The notes beneath the pieces were generated by a model. The model saw only the letters and a program-made list of their open reading frames with translations. It was not told where the DNA came from and searched no databases. Shown here in pieces: positions 1-11,300 of a stretch of DNA of 64,000 nucleotides; the stretch's first letter is position 1; the number at the start of each line of letters is the position of its first letter. This DNA comes from Candidatus Marinacidobacterales bacterium (GTDB lineage: Bacteria > Acidobacteriota > Vicinamibacteria > Marinacidobacterales > DATDRI01). The translations under genes and the position numbers were made by a program. The DNA lies in the NCBI GenBank assembly GCA_965219415.1, contig CBDCNP010000002.1:352001-416000 (forward strand), given 5' to 3'.

Positions 1-1276
1 ACCTCCCAGCGCGGAGATGAGGGAGATCGTGCTCCCAGGCTCGTAGGACCCCACCGCAGACGTCACCGGACGGAGGAATGCGATCTGGCGCCCATCGGGT
101 GACCATGTAGGCACCATGGCCACCCCGGGGCCGTCGGTCAGCTGAAGCAGCCCCGTGCCACCAATCTGTTTGACGTAGAGCTGGAGCGGAGCGCCGGCCG
201 TGCCTCCGTCCCAGTTGAAAGCGAGATGGCTTCCGTCGCGCGATAGCTCGGGGTCCCACTCCCCTCCCTCGAAGGAAGTAAGCGGTGAGGTTCGCGGTAT
301 CCGTGTGGAGCGCTCTGCCGGTTGAAAATAAGAAGCAATCGCTACTGCCAGAAGCGCAACTACGGCAGCGGCTGCCATCCCAATCCCGAGATTCCGCCCA
401 AGCCGGGAGACCTGTACCGGTTTCGGGGCACGTGCTTCCTTGACGTCTACCAGCGCCTCTCGTAACTCCTCCATCGACTGGTAACGCTGCTCACGGTCCT
501 TACGAAGCGCCTTGTCTATCACCGCCTCCAGACCCGCCGGCACCAAGCCAGCCACTCGCTCCGGCTCGTCTCGCATGATGGCAGCCAAAACCGAGGCGAC
601 GTTGTCCCCCGAAAAAGCCTGCTCCCCTGTCACCATCTCGTAGAGCACACTGCCGAAGGAGAAAATGTCACTCCGGACATCGATCTCTTTCCCCTGAGCT
701 TGCTCGGGTGACATGTAGGCCCCGGTTCCAAGGATCTCGCCCTCCCGGGTCAAAGCCATCTGTTTATCGACCGTTGGCGCCTCACCAATGGAATCTGGAG
801 GCTCGACAAGCTTCGCCAATCCGAAATCGACGACCTTCACCCGACCCTCTTCGCTCACCATCACGTTGTCCGGTTTCAGATCCCGGTGAACGATTCCGTC
901 CCGATGGGCCCGTGCCAGGCCGTCCGCCATTTGAATGGCGTAGTCGAGGGCTTTCGGCTGGTCGAGGGCTTGATTTCGAATGAGGTCACCCAGCGATTGG
1001 CCGGCCACGTACTGCATCACGATGAAGTGCAGGCCGTCGTGCTCAGTGATGTCGTAGATAGTGACGATGTTGGGATGATCGAGCGCCGAGGCAGCACGCG
1101 CCTCTTGAACGAATCGGCGGTGACGCTCGGGATCGGTGAAAAATTCTTTCCGCAAGGTCTTGAGCGCCACCGGACGGTTCAGCTTCGTATCCACCGCCAG
1201 GTACACCTCTCCCATGCCGCCCACACCGAGGTGCTTCTCGATGCGGTTAATGGCCGAGCGTGTCGCCGGGGTTCAT
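1..1276 (-). CDS. Ser/Thr protein kinase with C-terminal PD40/TolB-like repeats (frameshifted, runs off window edge)
   Basis: Manual minus-strand reading from ATG at 1276: MNPGDTLGH-(1-nt indel)-RIEKHLGVGGMGEVYLAVDTKLNRPVALK, later DLKPDNVMV, KVVDFGLAK, YMSPEQA, DIFSFGSVLYEM, a TM stretch, then WSPDGRQIAF. Absent from ORF track because of indels. Confidence 0.85.
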
Positions 1277-1427
1277 TTCAGCGAAAATCCTCCACGAGCA
1301 TGTTGTAGCCTCTGACACCGTCCAACTGCGTGTCCATGATCAATGGGCGGTCTGGAGACATCATGATTCCCAATTTGCGTTGCCCGTGCTGTTATTAATC
1401 TCGGGCGGTCGCGCCTGCAAACAAGAA

Positions 1428-1462
1428 CGGGCTCGGAGCCTTACACGATGGCTCCGAGCCCG
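1428..1462 (-). terminator. Intrinsic terminator-like hairpin downstream of TPR gene
   Basis: 13-bp perfect stem CGGGCTCGGAGCC/GGCTCCGAGCCCG, followed by T-rich tract on minus strand, ~20 bp past stop at 1481. Confidence 0.65.
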
Positions 1463-1480
1463 GTGAAGCACGAGTTTTTG

Positions 1481-3127
1481 CTACTTGATCTTCTCGCCGT
1501 TGGCCAACGCCTCGACTCGCGGCTGAAGGTTAGGATCATTGACCCCGAGCTCGACCGCCTTGTTGTAATTCTCCTGGACGGCTGCCACGATGGCTTCGTC
1601 GCCGTCGCAAGGACACCCCGCCTTGATCATTCCGAAGTTGGCCCACGCGAGAGCGTTATACGGAGCCCCCCAGTTTGAGGGTGCAGCTTCCGCGCTACGC
1701 TGCAGAGTGGCCTTGGCCGCCATGTAGTCCTGTTTGGCGAGCTGCACGCGTCCGAGGTTAAACAACCCTACCGGGTTCTTGTAATCGGGAGAGCTCGCGG
1801 CCTTCGTGAGCGCGGCCAGCGCCTCATCTACTTGTTGGCTTGCGATGAGCGCGGCACCATAGTCAGTCAGAAAATCCGCGTTGTCCGGCTCCAGGTCCAC
1901 CGCCTTTTGCAAGGAGGGAAGGGCGCCGGCGGCGTCTTGTTTCTTGTTGAGCAGGGCCTTGCCTCGCTCGAAGTGGGCGGTACCCATATTCGCGTCGATC
2001 GCCAAGGCGGCGTCGAACTCCGCGATGCCCGCGTCGATCTGGTCTTGCGCCACGAGGGCCAACCCCAGGAGATAGTGAAGGTCCGCGGAGCTCGCATTCG
2101 ACTCGAGGGCTTTCTTTAGGAACTCGGTTGCGCCGTAGGCGTCGCCCTTGTCGATCGAAATCGTGGCCGCCTTGAATACGGCATCGGTGGCACCCGGGTT
2201 CAACTCCGCTGCCTTCTTATAGTAATTGACGGCCATGTCGAGGTTGCCTTGTTTCTCGTACACCTCGGCAAACGCGAGTTGCGAAGCAAAATCATTCGGG
2301 TCCACGGTGACCGCCATCGCCAAATCAGAGTAGGCCGCGTCGGTGTCACCCCGGGCGTTGTTGGCAATGCCTCGAACGGCGTAGGCTCTTGTGAGCTTGC
2401 TGTTGAGCTCGATGGCTTTCGTAGCTCCCGCTACCGCACCGTCGTAGTCTTCCTTGGACAACATGATGTCGGCCATGCCGGCGTGTGCCTCCGCAAGAGA
2501 GGCGTCGATCGCCAACGCCTTATTGAAGGCGTCTTCCGCCCCCGGTTTGTCACCAGTTCCCAGCCGCGCCACACCCAGTGACGCCTGCGCGATCGCGTTG
2601 TCCGGCGCCATACCGATGGCCTTTTCCGCTGCATCCACCGCGGCTGTGTATTGGCCGGTCTTCGCCAAACTCATTGCAAGGTACACGTGGGCGTCGGTAT
2701 TGGAGGGATCGGCGGCGATGGCTTTAGGTGCCGAGACGGCCGCCTCCTGGTACTTCCCAAGCGTCACCAGGGCCTCCGTCAATCCGGCATACGCCTCCGC
2801 CTGCTTCTTTCCGTCGGTGTGCTCCGCCGCCAGGGCAAAGGCACCTGCCGAGTTCTCTATCTCCCCAAGCTCTTTGTATAGGCGCCCCAACTTCAGCTGC
2901 GCCTCACCATTATCGGGATAGTCGGCGGCGATGGTGTAGTAGTATCTCCCCCCTTCGGCAAGCTTGCCGTCTTTGACCAGCTTGTCGCCCTTGCGCATGT
3001 ACTCCCCGACTTGCTTCCTGGTCAGGGGTTTTCTCTTTTCCTCTTGGGACTGCGCGTTCGGCAGAATGACGATGAGGGCCAAGGCGGCAATGAACGCCGC
3101 CGGTATCCACCTCGGACGAAATCTCAT
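1481..3127 (-). CDS. Secreted tetratricopeptide repeat protein
   Basis: Start MRFRPRW at 3127 after AAAGGGAGG RBS; signal peptide; many TPR repeats (A..LDP.N..A...LG). Confidence 0.9.
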   Translation of the reverse strand: MRFRPRWIPAAFIAALALIVILPNAQSQEEKRKPLTRKQVGEYMRKGDKLVKDGKLAEGGRYYYTIAADYPDNGEAQLKLGRLYKELGEIENSAGAFALAAEHTDGKKQAEAYAGLTEALVTLGKYQEAAVSAPKAIAADPSNTDAHVYLAMSLAKTGQYTAAVDAAEKAIGMAPDNAIAQASLGVARLGTGDKPGAEDAFNKALAIDASLAEAHAGMADIMLSKEDYDGAVAGATKAIELNSKLTRAYAVRGIANNARGDTDAAYSDLAMAVTVDPNDFASQLAFAEVYEKQGNLDMAVNYYKKAAELNPGATDAVFKAATISIDKGDAYGATEFLKKALESNASSADLHYLLGLALVAQDQIDAGIAEFDAALAIDANMGTAHFERGKALLNKKQDAAGALPSLQKAVDLEPDNADFLTDYGAALIASQQVDEALAALTKAASSPDYKNPVGLFNLGRVQLAKQDYMAAKATLQRSAEAAPSNWGAPYNALAWANFGMIKAGCPCDGDEAIVAAVQENYNKAVELGVNDPNLQPRVEALANGEKIK

Positions 3128-3281
3128 GACTTCCTCCCTTTCGGGTTGTACTTGGCGTCCCCAGGGGCATCTGGGTCCAGGAATCCTGCTGGGTGCGGAT
3201 TCTAATCCACTCCGGGGCAAAGGTTCAACCGTCCGCTCGACGAGACAGGGAGGGGCCCCAAAGCGGCCCGACCGGAGCAGC

Positions 3282-4032
3282 CTAACAGGTAGCAAACAAA
3301 GACATAATCAGAATAGCGGCGATGCCCGCCAGGAAAACAGTGAGACCTAGGGTCGCCTTCCAATTGCCGAGGTTGATGGGTGTAGCCAAGGCCAAACCGA
3401 TTCTCCACGAAAATCGAAGGCTCGTCTCGATTGATGTAAAACAGCCCGTATTTCCAGTTCCTACTGTCCGTTGGTGGGTGCTTGGGCGCCCGAGAATACT
3501 TGGCTAGGATCACGACCACTCCCACCAAGACGTAGACCCCCATGGCAACAGCGAAAAAGAGGAAGGCGGTGGGTAAGCGATCGGCTTGACCGAGTCCAAC
3601 CTGGATCGCTCCGTACGAGAACAACGAGAGCATGCCGGTGACGAGGATTGACACGCCCGACAGGAACGTAGTCATAACGGATCGAAAGCGCTCCTGGGCG
3701 ATGACCGACGCACCGCCATCGCCGATCCGAATGCCCTGTTTGGCGTTCGCAATCAGGTAGGCGATGAGCGCCATCGCCGGCCCAATGAATAGAGTCGTGA
3801 CCGGCAAGAGCATCACAGATGCGAAAGAACGCGGAGCCCACCCATCCGGTTGACCACTACCACCAAAGTGAATGGGCACTTGCTCCGGGAGACGATGGTA
3901 GTTGGTCGCGGCATAAGAAAAGACGAGAGCTCCCGCGGTAATGGTAACCACGAGCGCGAGTAAGGGGAACACGCTGGGAGACTTCACCGCCGCCGGAGGC
4001 GGGTTTGGAGGAACCGAATTCGTTTTCTCCAT
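3282..4032 (-). CDS. DUF1648/DUF5808-type membrane protein (frameshift near 3378)
   Basis: YHRLPEQVPIHFGGSGQPDGW and WKYGLFYINRDEPSIFVENRFGLGYT motifs; shifted frame continues INLGNWKA...FATC*. Confidence 0.75.
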
Positions 4033-4047
4033 CGAAGTGCTTGTCAA

Positions 4048-4822
4048 CTACTCTTTTTTTTCGGTGAAGTTGACCATCATCTTCACCTCGCCCCCCTCGG
4101 CGGCTCCGGTCATGGAGACGCTACGCGTACCGTCGGGTGAGCTCGCGATAAGAACCGCGCCGCTGGGCATCGTCGTCCGCTGCGCTATCTCCAGCCCGAC
4201 CGCCTCGAGCTCGGCGACGTAGTAGTCCATCACGATTTCCAACCCGTCGTCGCTTCGCACGACATAGGCCCCCATTTCACCATCCGGGGTCTCAGTAAAG
4301 AAAGTACCCTCCGCCGACGCTCCCGGATAGATGGGTAGCCAATCTGGAAAATTCTCGAGGCCGACGCTGCTTCCCAGGATCGCGGTGCCGTCATCGCCGG
4401 TTATGGTGAGCCTCCCTGCTTCCCCACTTGCGTCTACATCGTACGTGCCTTCATCCGACGTGAAACTGAACTTACCTTCCTCGATGTCCTGATAGTTGAA
4501 GGTAAACTCCTCACTCCTCACCGGTCTTGCTATTCAAGAAGATGACGGTCCGTGTCTCCTTGTCCGCGGCAACCAACTCCACATCGGGATTCGTTGCCGC
4601 AATCAACCTCGCCGTCGCTAGCACAGGATTGTCTTCCATCTCTTCGACGACGTTCTTGGCCTTCTTGAAAACGTAGATCCCCCCCACGAAAGTCACGACT
4701 CCGACCAACACAAGGATGCCCGCACAACCGATGGCGACCCAGACTAGCGGGCTAAGCCCTTTTCGATCCGACGGTGCCCCCCTTCGGGGGTCCCTGGGGT
4801 GGCCATGCTGTCCGTTCGTCAT
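4048..4822 (-). CDS. Hypothetical membrane-anchored protein (frameshift near 4512)
   Basis: ORFs 4511-4930 and 4048-4521 join at KTGEE/EFTFNY; RBS AAAGGAG before ATG 4822; N-terminal TM helix. Confidence 0.6.
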
Positions 4823-4942
4823 TGTCTGCTCTCCTTTCGGAAGACTCGAGCGTGGTGGCTCATCATAGCAATCGCGGGCAATCAACGGGCAAATATCATC
4901 GGTGCGATTCCCCCCGACCGCTGATACCATCTACCCCATCGC

Positions 4943-7900
4943 ATGCCAGAAGGACATATCTTCGAGTCCCCTTCTGCCGCTCGTCGTGTCGCCGAAGTCA
5001 CCGCTTGGCTCGATCGGCACGCGCGAGGGGGAGAGGTGCTCATCCTCTGCTCTCAACTCAAGGCGGGTGACCATCTGGTCCGTTCCTTCGCTTCCCAACA
5101 AGGTTCCCTGTACGGACTCCGCCGACTCACGCTCAATGCGTTCGCTTATCAGTTGGCGCTTCCAGAGCTCGTAGAGGCAGGGCGCGCCACGCACAGCCGG
5201 CTAGGTCAACAAGCTCTTGCGGCAAGAGTCGCGCATGAGGCGCGGGCGGAAGGTGACTTCGGAGTTTTCTCGGTTGTCGCCCACGGGCCTGGGTTCGCTC
5301 GTGCCCTCGCGACCACTTTGAACGAGCTCCGTCTGCACGAAGTCGAGCCAGCGCAGCTGCCGGCTGCCGGTGAGACGGGAGCGAGCCTTTCCGAGCTCCT
5401 CGAACGCTATGAGAAAGCGGCGTTGTCGGCGGGAGTCGCCGATCGTACAGACGTTCTTCGGGCCGCCACGCGCGCCGCGGAATCGACGATGCGACCTCCC
5501 TTAGGGCTGCCTACGGTGTTGCTCGACGTACCGATCACCACACCGCTGGAGGCACGCTTCATCGCATCCGTAGCGCGCGGGGCATCGAAAGTGTTGGCCA
5601 CCGTGCCCGCGGGGGATGAAACGACGCTCGAAGCGCTGAAAAAGGCGCTCAGTGTGGTCCCGAAGGTTGACTACGCCGGAGACGACTCGTCCGACGCCGT
5701 CAAACAACTTCAACGCTACATCTTCAGTGGCTCCGCTCCTCCAGGCCCACCGGACGACCAGGAAGTGGTGGTGCTGTCGGCTCCCGGTGAGGCCCAAGAA
5801 GCGGTGGAACTGGCGCGATGTATTCAGTCGGAAGCGGAGGGCGGCGTCCGCTTCGACTCGATGGCGATTCTCTTGCGTTCACCCGAGGTCTACACACCAC
5901 TCATAGAAGACGCATTGGCTCGGGCGGGAGTTCCCGCCTACTTCGAGACCGGCACCCTTAGGCCGGCACCTGCGGGCCGCGCGTTTCTCGCTCTCCTCGA
6001 CTGTGCGGCGGAGGAGCTAAGTGCCACTCGCTTTGCGGAATATCTATCGCTCGGTCAGCTTCCCGATCTGAATGAAGATGGCGGGCCCGCGGCGCCGCCG
6101 GAAATGCCCTGGAGCCCCCCACAACACGAATTGGCTCCTCCCCCACCGGAGGGCTATAGCCAGCCCGTGCAACTCGATCTCTTCGCGGCACCAGAACGAG
6201 TCGCCGAGCCCGAAAGACTCCCGGCCATCGAAGGAACGCTTCGCGCCCCGTGGCGATGGGAGAGGTTACTCGTCGACGCCGCCGTCATCGGGGGACGGGA
6301 TCGCTGGGAACGAAGGCTTTCCGGGTTAGCTCGAGAGATTCAAGCACGACTCGATGAAGTCGACGACCCGGGTGGCAGCGAGGCGGCGACGCTCGAGCGC
6401 CAAATCGAAGACCTCGCGCATCTGAATTCTTTCGCGCTGCCCGTGATCGGCCTGCTTGCGGATTTTCCAGAGAAGGCCAGCTGGGGAAGATGGCTCGACA
6501 TTCTCGAAGACGCTGCGTCGCGCGTTTTGGGCTCGCCAGAAGGCGTGTTGTCGGTTCTCAAAGAACTCCGACCGATGGCCTCAGTCGGGCCGGTCGAGCT
6601 CTTCGAAGTGCGGGAAGTTTTGAACGAGAGACTCACCTTATTGTCCCAAGATCCTCCTCGCTATCCTTATGGACGAGTCTGGGTCGCTCCCATTGACGCT
6701 GTCCGCGGATTGAGTTTCGATGTCGTGCTCGCGCCGGGTCTCGCTGAGAGGATGTTTCCGCGAAAGATCGTCGAAGATCCCCTGCTTTTGGACGTGGACC
6801 GGCGGAAGCTCGATGCGAGTCTCCCGCTTCAGGAAGACCGCGTTTCCCACGAACGACTCTCACTGCGTTTGGCGGCGGGGGCGGCGAGGCGAAAGATCGT
6901 GTTTAGCTATCCCTCGATCGATCTGCAGAAGGGCCGCTCCAAAGTGCCTTCCTTTTACTTGCTGGAGGTGTTGAGAGCCAGCGAGGGAACTCTCCCGGAC
7001 TTCGAGTCCCTTGAACGCGATGCCGCCGATTCCTCGGGAGCGCGCCTAGGTTGGCCTGCACCGAGAGAGTCCTCGCACGCCATCGACGAAGCGGAGCACG
7101 ATCTTGCGTTCCTTTCCGATGCCTTGCGCCAAGACACGCCGAAAGAGCTCGCGCAAGGTACGGGCCGATACCTCCTGAAAGTCAACGATGCGCTCTCGCG
7201 ATCGCTTCGCACTCGGTACCAGCGCGGTCGCTCACGCTTCACGCCGGTCGACGGTTTTCTCGATCCTTCAACAGAATCGCAGAAGGTGTTGACCAACCAC
7301 CGCTTTGGCGCCCGGGCGTTCTCGGTGACCGCCTTGGAGCGGTTCGGGGCCTGTCCCTATCGATTTTTTCTGAACGCCATCTTGAGACTCCGACCACGCG
7401 AGACGGTCGAGCAAATCACTCACCTCGATCCATTGACCTACGGCAGCATCTTCCACGTCGCCCAGTACGAGATTCTGACGACACTCGGGGAGAAAGGGCT
7501 TTCGCCCCTACGTCCGGAAAATCTGGCTGCCGCACTAGAGGAAAGCGAGCGAGTGTTCAGCCGGGTAGCCGAGAAGTTTAGCGATGAGCTAGCGCCGGCG
7601 ATCGAGCGTATCTGGCGAGACGAGCTGACCCGCATTCGTACCGACCTGCGGGGCTGGCTCCGCAAGGAGTCAGAAGCCCCAGGTGGCTGGGTTCCACACC
7701 GATTCGAGTTTACGTTCGGAATGAAACCCCGAGGGCCCGCCGATCCGGCGAGCGTAACGCAAGAAGCCGTGCTAGCGAGCGGGCTTCGACTCAGGGGCGC
7801 TATCGACCTTGTCGAGAAACGAGAAGATGGAAAGATAAGGGTCACGGACTACAAGAGTGGCCGAGTACGCGTGCCGGAAGGCGCCGTCCTGTACGGAGGA

Positions 7901-8230
7901 GAAAGCCTTCAGCCAATCCTTTACTCGCTTGCCTATGAGGCTTTGACCGGGGACGAGGTCCGCGCGGCACGTCTTTATTACTGTACGGAGAAATCCGGTT
8001 ACGCGGAGCGCGCCGTCGAGCCCGACGACGAAGCGCTAGAAGTTGTTTCCGAATTTCAACGTCGCCTCGATAAAGCGATCGAAGAGGGCTTCTTTCCCGC
8101 ATCGCCGAGGCTGGGGTGCAAGTATTGCGACTACTTGCCGGTATGTGGCCCGGGCGCCGAGATCAGCGCCAAACGCAAGGAGGGCGACTCGAAGCTCTCC
8201 TTGCTGAACTGGCTTCGAAACTTGAGATGA
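4943..8230 (+). CDS. addB: AddB-like helicase/nuclease subunit with PD-(D/E)XK nuclease and Fe-S cluster Cys
   Basis: 1095 aa; FSVTALERFGACPYRFF, LRGAIDLVE...VTDYKSG, CKYCDYLPVC; directly upstream of addA-like gene. Confidence 0.8.
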   Translation: MPEGHIFESPSAARRVAEVTAWLDRHARGGEVLILCSQLKAGDHLVRSFASQQGSLYGLRRLTLNAFAYQLALPELVEAGRATHSRLGQQALAARVAHEARAEGDFGVFSVVAHGPGFARALATTLNELRLHEVEPAQLPAAGETGASLSELLERYEKAALSAGVADRTDVLRAATRAAESTMRPPLGLPTVLLDVPITTPLEARFIASVARGASKVLATVPAGDETTLEALKKALSVVPKVDYAGDDSSDAVKQLQRYIFSGSAPPGPPDDQEVVVLSAPGEAQEAVELARCIQSEAEGGVRFDSMAILLRSPEVYTPLIEDALARAGVPAYFETGTLRPAPAGRAFLALLDCAAEELSATRFAEYLSLGQLPDLNEDGGPAAPPEMPWSPPQHELAPPPPEGYSQPVQLDLFAAPERVAEPERLPAIEGTLRAPWRWERLLVDAAVIGGRDRWERRLSGLAREIQARLDEVDDPGGSEAATLERQIEDLAHLNSFALPVIGLLADFPEKASWGRWLDILEDAASRVLGSPEGVLSVLKELRPMASVGPVELFEVREVLNERLTLLSQDPPRYPYGRVWVAPIDAVRGLSFDVVLAPGLAERMFPRKIVEDPLLLDVDRRKLDASLPLQEDRVSHERLSLRLAAGAARRKIVFSYPSIDLQKGRSKVPSFYLLEVLRASEGTLPDFESLERDAADSSGARLGWPAPRESSHAIDEAEHDLAFLSDALRQDTPKELAQGTGRYLLKVNDALSRSLRTRYQRGRSRFTPVDGFLDPSTESQKVLTNHRFGARAFSVTALERFGACPYRFFLNAILRLRPRETVEQITHLDPLTYGSIFHVAQYEILTTLGEKGLSPLRPENLAAALEESERVFSRVAEKFSDELAPAIERIWRDELTRIRTDLRGWLRKESEAPGGWVPHRFEFTFGMKPRGPADPASVTQEAVLASGLRLRGAIDLVEKREDGKIRVTDYKSGRVRVPEGAVLYGGESLQPILYSLAYEALTGDEVRAARLYYCTEKSGYAERAVEPDDEALEVVSEFQRRLDKAIEEGFFPASPRLGCKYCDYLPVCGPGAEISAKRKEGDSKLSLLNWLRNLR

Positions 8231-8266
8231 ACGAGCTGAACTGGCTTCGAAACTTGAGATGAACGA
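8203..8266 (+). repeat. Exact 32-bp tandem duplication spanning addB stop
   Basis: GCTGAACTGGCTTCGAAACTTGAGATGAACGA x2 (8203-8234, 8235-8266). Confidence 0.9.
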
Positions 8267-8369
8267 GCCGATGGACCAACTGAAAGAGGCCTACCGCCGG
8301 ACTTCTATCGTTACTACAGCGGGACTCCGCCATGGTCCGAAGGGCAAAGGCGGGAGCGAGCATTAGGTA

Positions 8370-11300
8370 ATGCCTGAACACACTCTGGTCGATCAAGAAG
8401 CTCGAGACCGCATACGCACCAGTCTCGACGAAACGCTGCTTGTCGAGGCGGCGGCGGGGACCGGGAAGACCACCGAGCTCATCGAACGCATTATCGAAGT
8501 TATTCGGCGTGGCCGAGGCAAGCTTTCCACCTTGGTTGCGGTCACGTTTACCGAAAAGGCGGCGGGAGAGCTCAAGCTGCGACTTAGAACCAAGCTGGAG
8601 ACGGCTCGACGCGATGCGACCGGCCAGCCCGAAGTGCTAGCGCACCTAGAGGAAGGCCTCGCCCAACTGGAAGAGGCGCATATCGGCACGATCCACGGTT
8701 TCTGCGCCGATCTACTAAAGGAGAGGCCGCTCCAAGCGGGTGTCGATCCGTTCTTCGAGGTAGCCACCGAGGATGAGTCACAGAGACTCTACCGCCGAGT
8801 CTTCCTGCGGTGGCTACAGGAGAAGCTCGACGATCCACCGCCCGGGATCCGAAGGCTCCTGCGTCAACCCGTCGAGAACGAGTTGGGCCCCGTGGATCGA
8901 CTCTACCAGGCCGGGTGGGCTCTCATTGATCGTCGGGACTTCCCTACCCCATGGGAGATACGCCCATTCCCTCGAGAAAAGGAGATCGATTGGCTCGTCG
9001 AGAGATTCCTCCACTTGGCAAAGCAAAGCGAGGATTGCACGAGCACTAGTGACCGGCTCTACCGGGACTTAGCGGGGTTGCGATCTTTCGCCCTCGAGCT
9101 CGATCGCCAGGAGACCGCCAGCGGAAAACGCGATTACGACTTTCTGGAACACCGGCTACTCAAACTCGAGCTAGGCAAGACCAAGGGGCGGGGCCCTTAC
9201 TCGGATCGCGTCTCGCGCCAAGATCTCCTGGACGAGCGCGACTCCCTCCAAGAATCGCTGAAGGAGTTCCGAAAGAGGGCCGGTGCCGATCGGGCCGCCC
9301 ACCTTCAAAACGAGCTCCCCGAGCTCGTCGAGCGCTATCAGGAGATCAAAACAAAAGCGGGTCGTCTCGACTTCCTGGATCTCCTGGCTAGAGCCCGCGA
9401 CTTGCTTCGTGAGAACCGTCCTCTACGGGAAGAGCTTCAAAACCGATTCACCCACATCTTCGTCGACGAGTTTCAAGATACCGACCCACTGCAGGCCGAG
9501 ATTCTAGTCTTGCTCTCCTCCGACGACCCGTCAGTTGACAATTGGCGACGCGTGAAACCTCGCCGCGGGAAGCTCTTCGTGGTCGCCGATCCGAAACAAT
9601 CGATCTACCGTTTTCGTCGCGCCGACGTCTCCCTTTACCAGCAAATCAAAAGACAGCTCATGGAAGCCGGCGCCGAACGCGTTTTCTTGAGCGTGAGCTT
9701 TCGTGGTTCGCCCGAAATCCAAGAGGCAGTCAACGCCGCGATGTCGGAGGTCATGGACGGTTCGAAGGAGGCGCACCAGGCATCGTACGTGGGGCTCGAC
9801 CGGTACCGCGAGCCGATCATTGGTCAGCCATCCGTGATCGCCTTGTCCATTCCGCGGCCCTACAGCAAGTACGGCAACCTAGCTAACTACGCGATCGATA
9901 AATCCGAGCCCGGCGCGGTAACAGCGTGGATCAAATGGTTGCTCGAAGAAAGCGATTGGAAGGTGACCTCTCGGGGCAGCACCGATCCGTGTCCGATCCG
10001 CCCGTCCGACATCTGCCTTCTCTTTCGCCGCTTCGTATCCGGACGAAGGGATATCACTCGCCCCTACGTCGACGGATTGCAGGCACGGGACGTCCCTCAC
10101 GTGCTCGTTGGAGGACGCGGTTTTCACCAGCGCGAAGAGATCGACGCGATGCGGAACGCCCTCGCAGCGATCGAAAGACCCGACGATGAGCTCTCGGTTT
10201 TCTCTGCTCTCCGGGGTCCACTCTTCAGCCTCGCCGACGACGCGCTTTTTCTTTTTCGTACGCGCCACGGCCCTCTCCATCCGTTTCGCGAACCGAGTGG
10301 AGACCTATCGGAATCGGATCAAGAAATTGTGGCCACCCTGGAAATTCTCGCGCGTCTACACATAGGCAGGAATCACCGGCCGATCGCTCTCACTATCCGC
10401 CAGCTGCTAGACGAGACGCGCGCACAGGCGGGCTTCGCCCTTTGGCAAGCAGGAGATCAGGTGCTCGCCAATGTGTTGCGATTGCTGCAGCTGGCGCGGA
10501 ATTTCGAGAGTACCGGTGGGCTCTCTTTCCGCGGGTTCGTCGGCCACCTCGAGGGGTTGGCCGAGCGGGGCGAGGTCACCGAGCAGCCACTCATCGAGGA
10601 AGGCGTGCAAGGGGTCAGACTCATGACCGTGCATCGAGCCAAGGGCCTGGAGTTTCCCATCGTCATCCTCTGCGACATCACGTGCCCACTCGGAGAGAGC
10701 GCTTCCCGCCACATCGATCCCGATCGCAACCTTTTCGCGGTGCGATTGGCGGGGGGCGCCCCGTGGGAACTTCTCGACCATGAGGCCGTGGAGGGGCGTC
10801 GCGAGGCCGCCGAGAGTCAGAGACTTCTCTACGTTGCGGCAACGCGCGCCAGAGACATCCTCGTGGTCCCGGCGGTGGCGGACGCCATAAGACCCCGCAG
10901 CTGGGTTGCGGCGCTTGCACCGGCGCTCTATCCGATCGGTAAGACCTACCGTCTTCCCGTCGTTGCACCGGGATGCCCTCGGTTCGCAGAGGAGGCGGTA
11001 CTGGATCCACCGATGAACGCCCCGCCGCCGGGTGAGGGAATCAAACCCGGCCTCCATAAACCACGCAAGGGAGGCCACCGCGTCGTTTGGTGGGATCCCG
11101 CGCTGTTGGAAGAGGCGTACCAGCTAAAACCGAGCATCCGGCGGCACTGGATTCTGCAGGCCGACGAGGGGAGTGCGACCGACACCGGGACCGAGCGACA
11201 CGACGCTTGGCAGCGGCGACGAGACTCGCTTCTCGAGGAAGGAAGCGGTGCGTCGCTTGATGTTAGAACGGCCACCCGAGTTGCCGAGGAAACCACCGAG

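Noticed and set aside
4943-8230. PD-(D/E)XK + Fe-S domain as Cas4 or a defence nuclease
   Set aside because: It is the C-terminus of a full AddB-like subunit paired with AddA, i.e. housekeeping recombination
8203-8266. 32-bp repeat as a CRISPR array
   Set aside because: Two abutting copies with no spacer, overlapping a CDS end; no cas genes in the window
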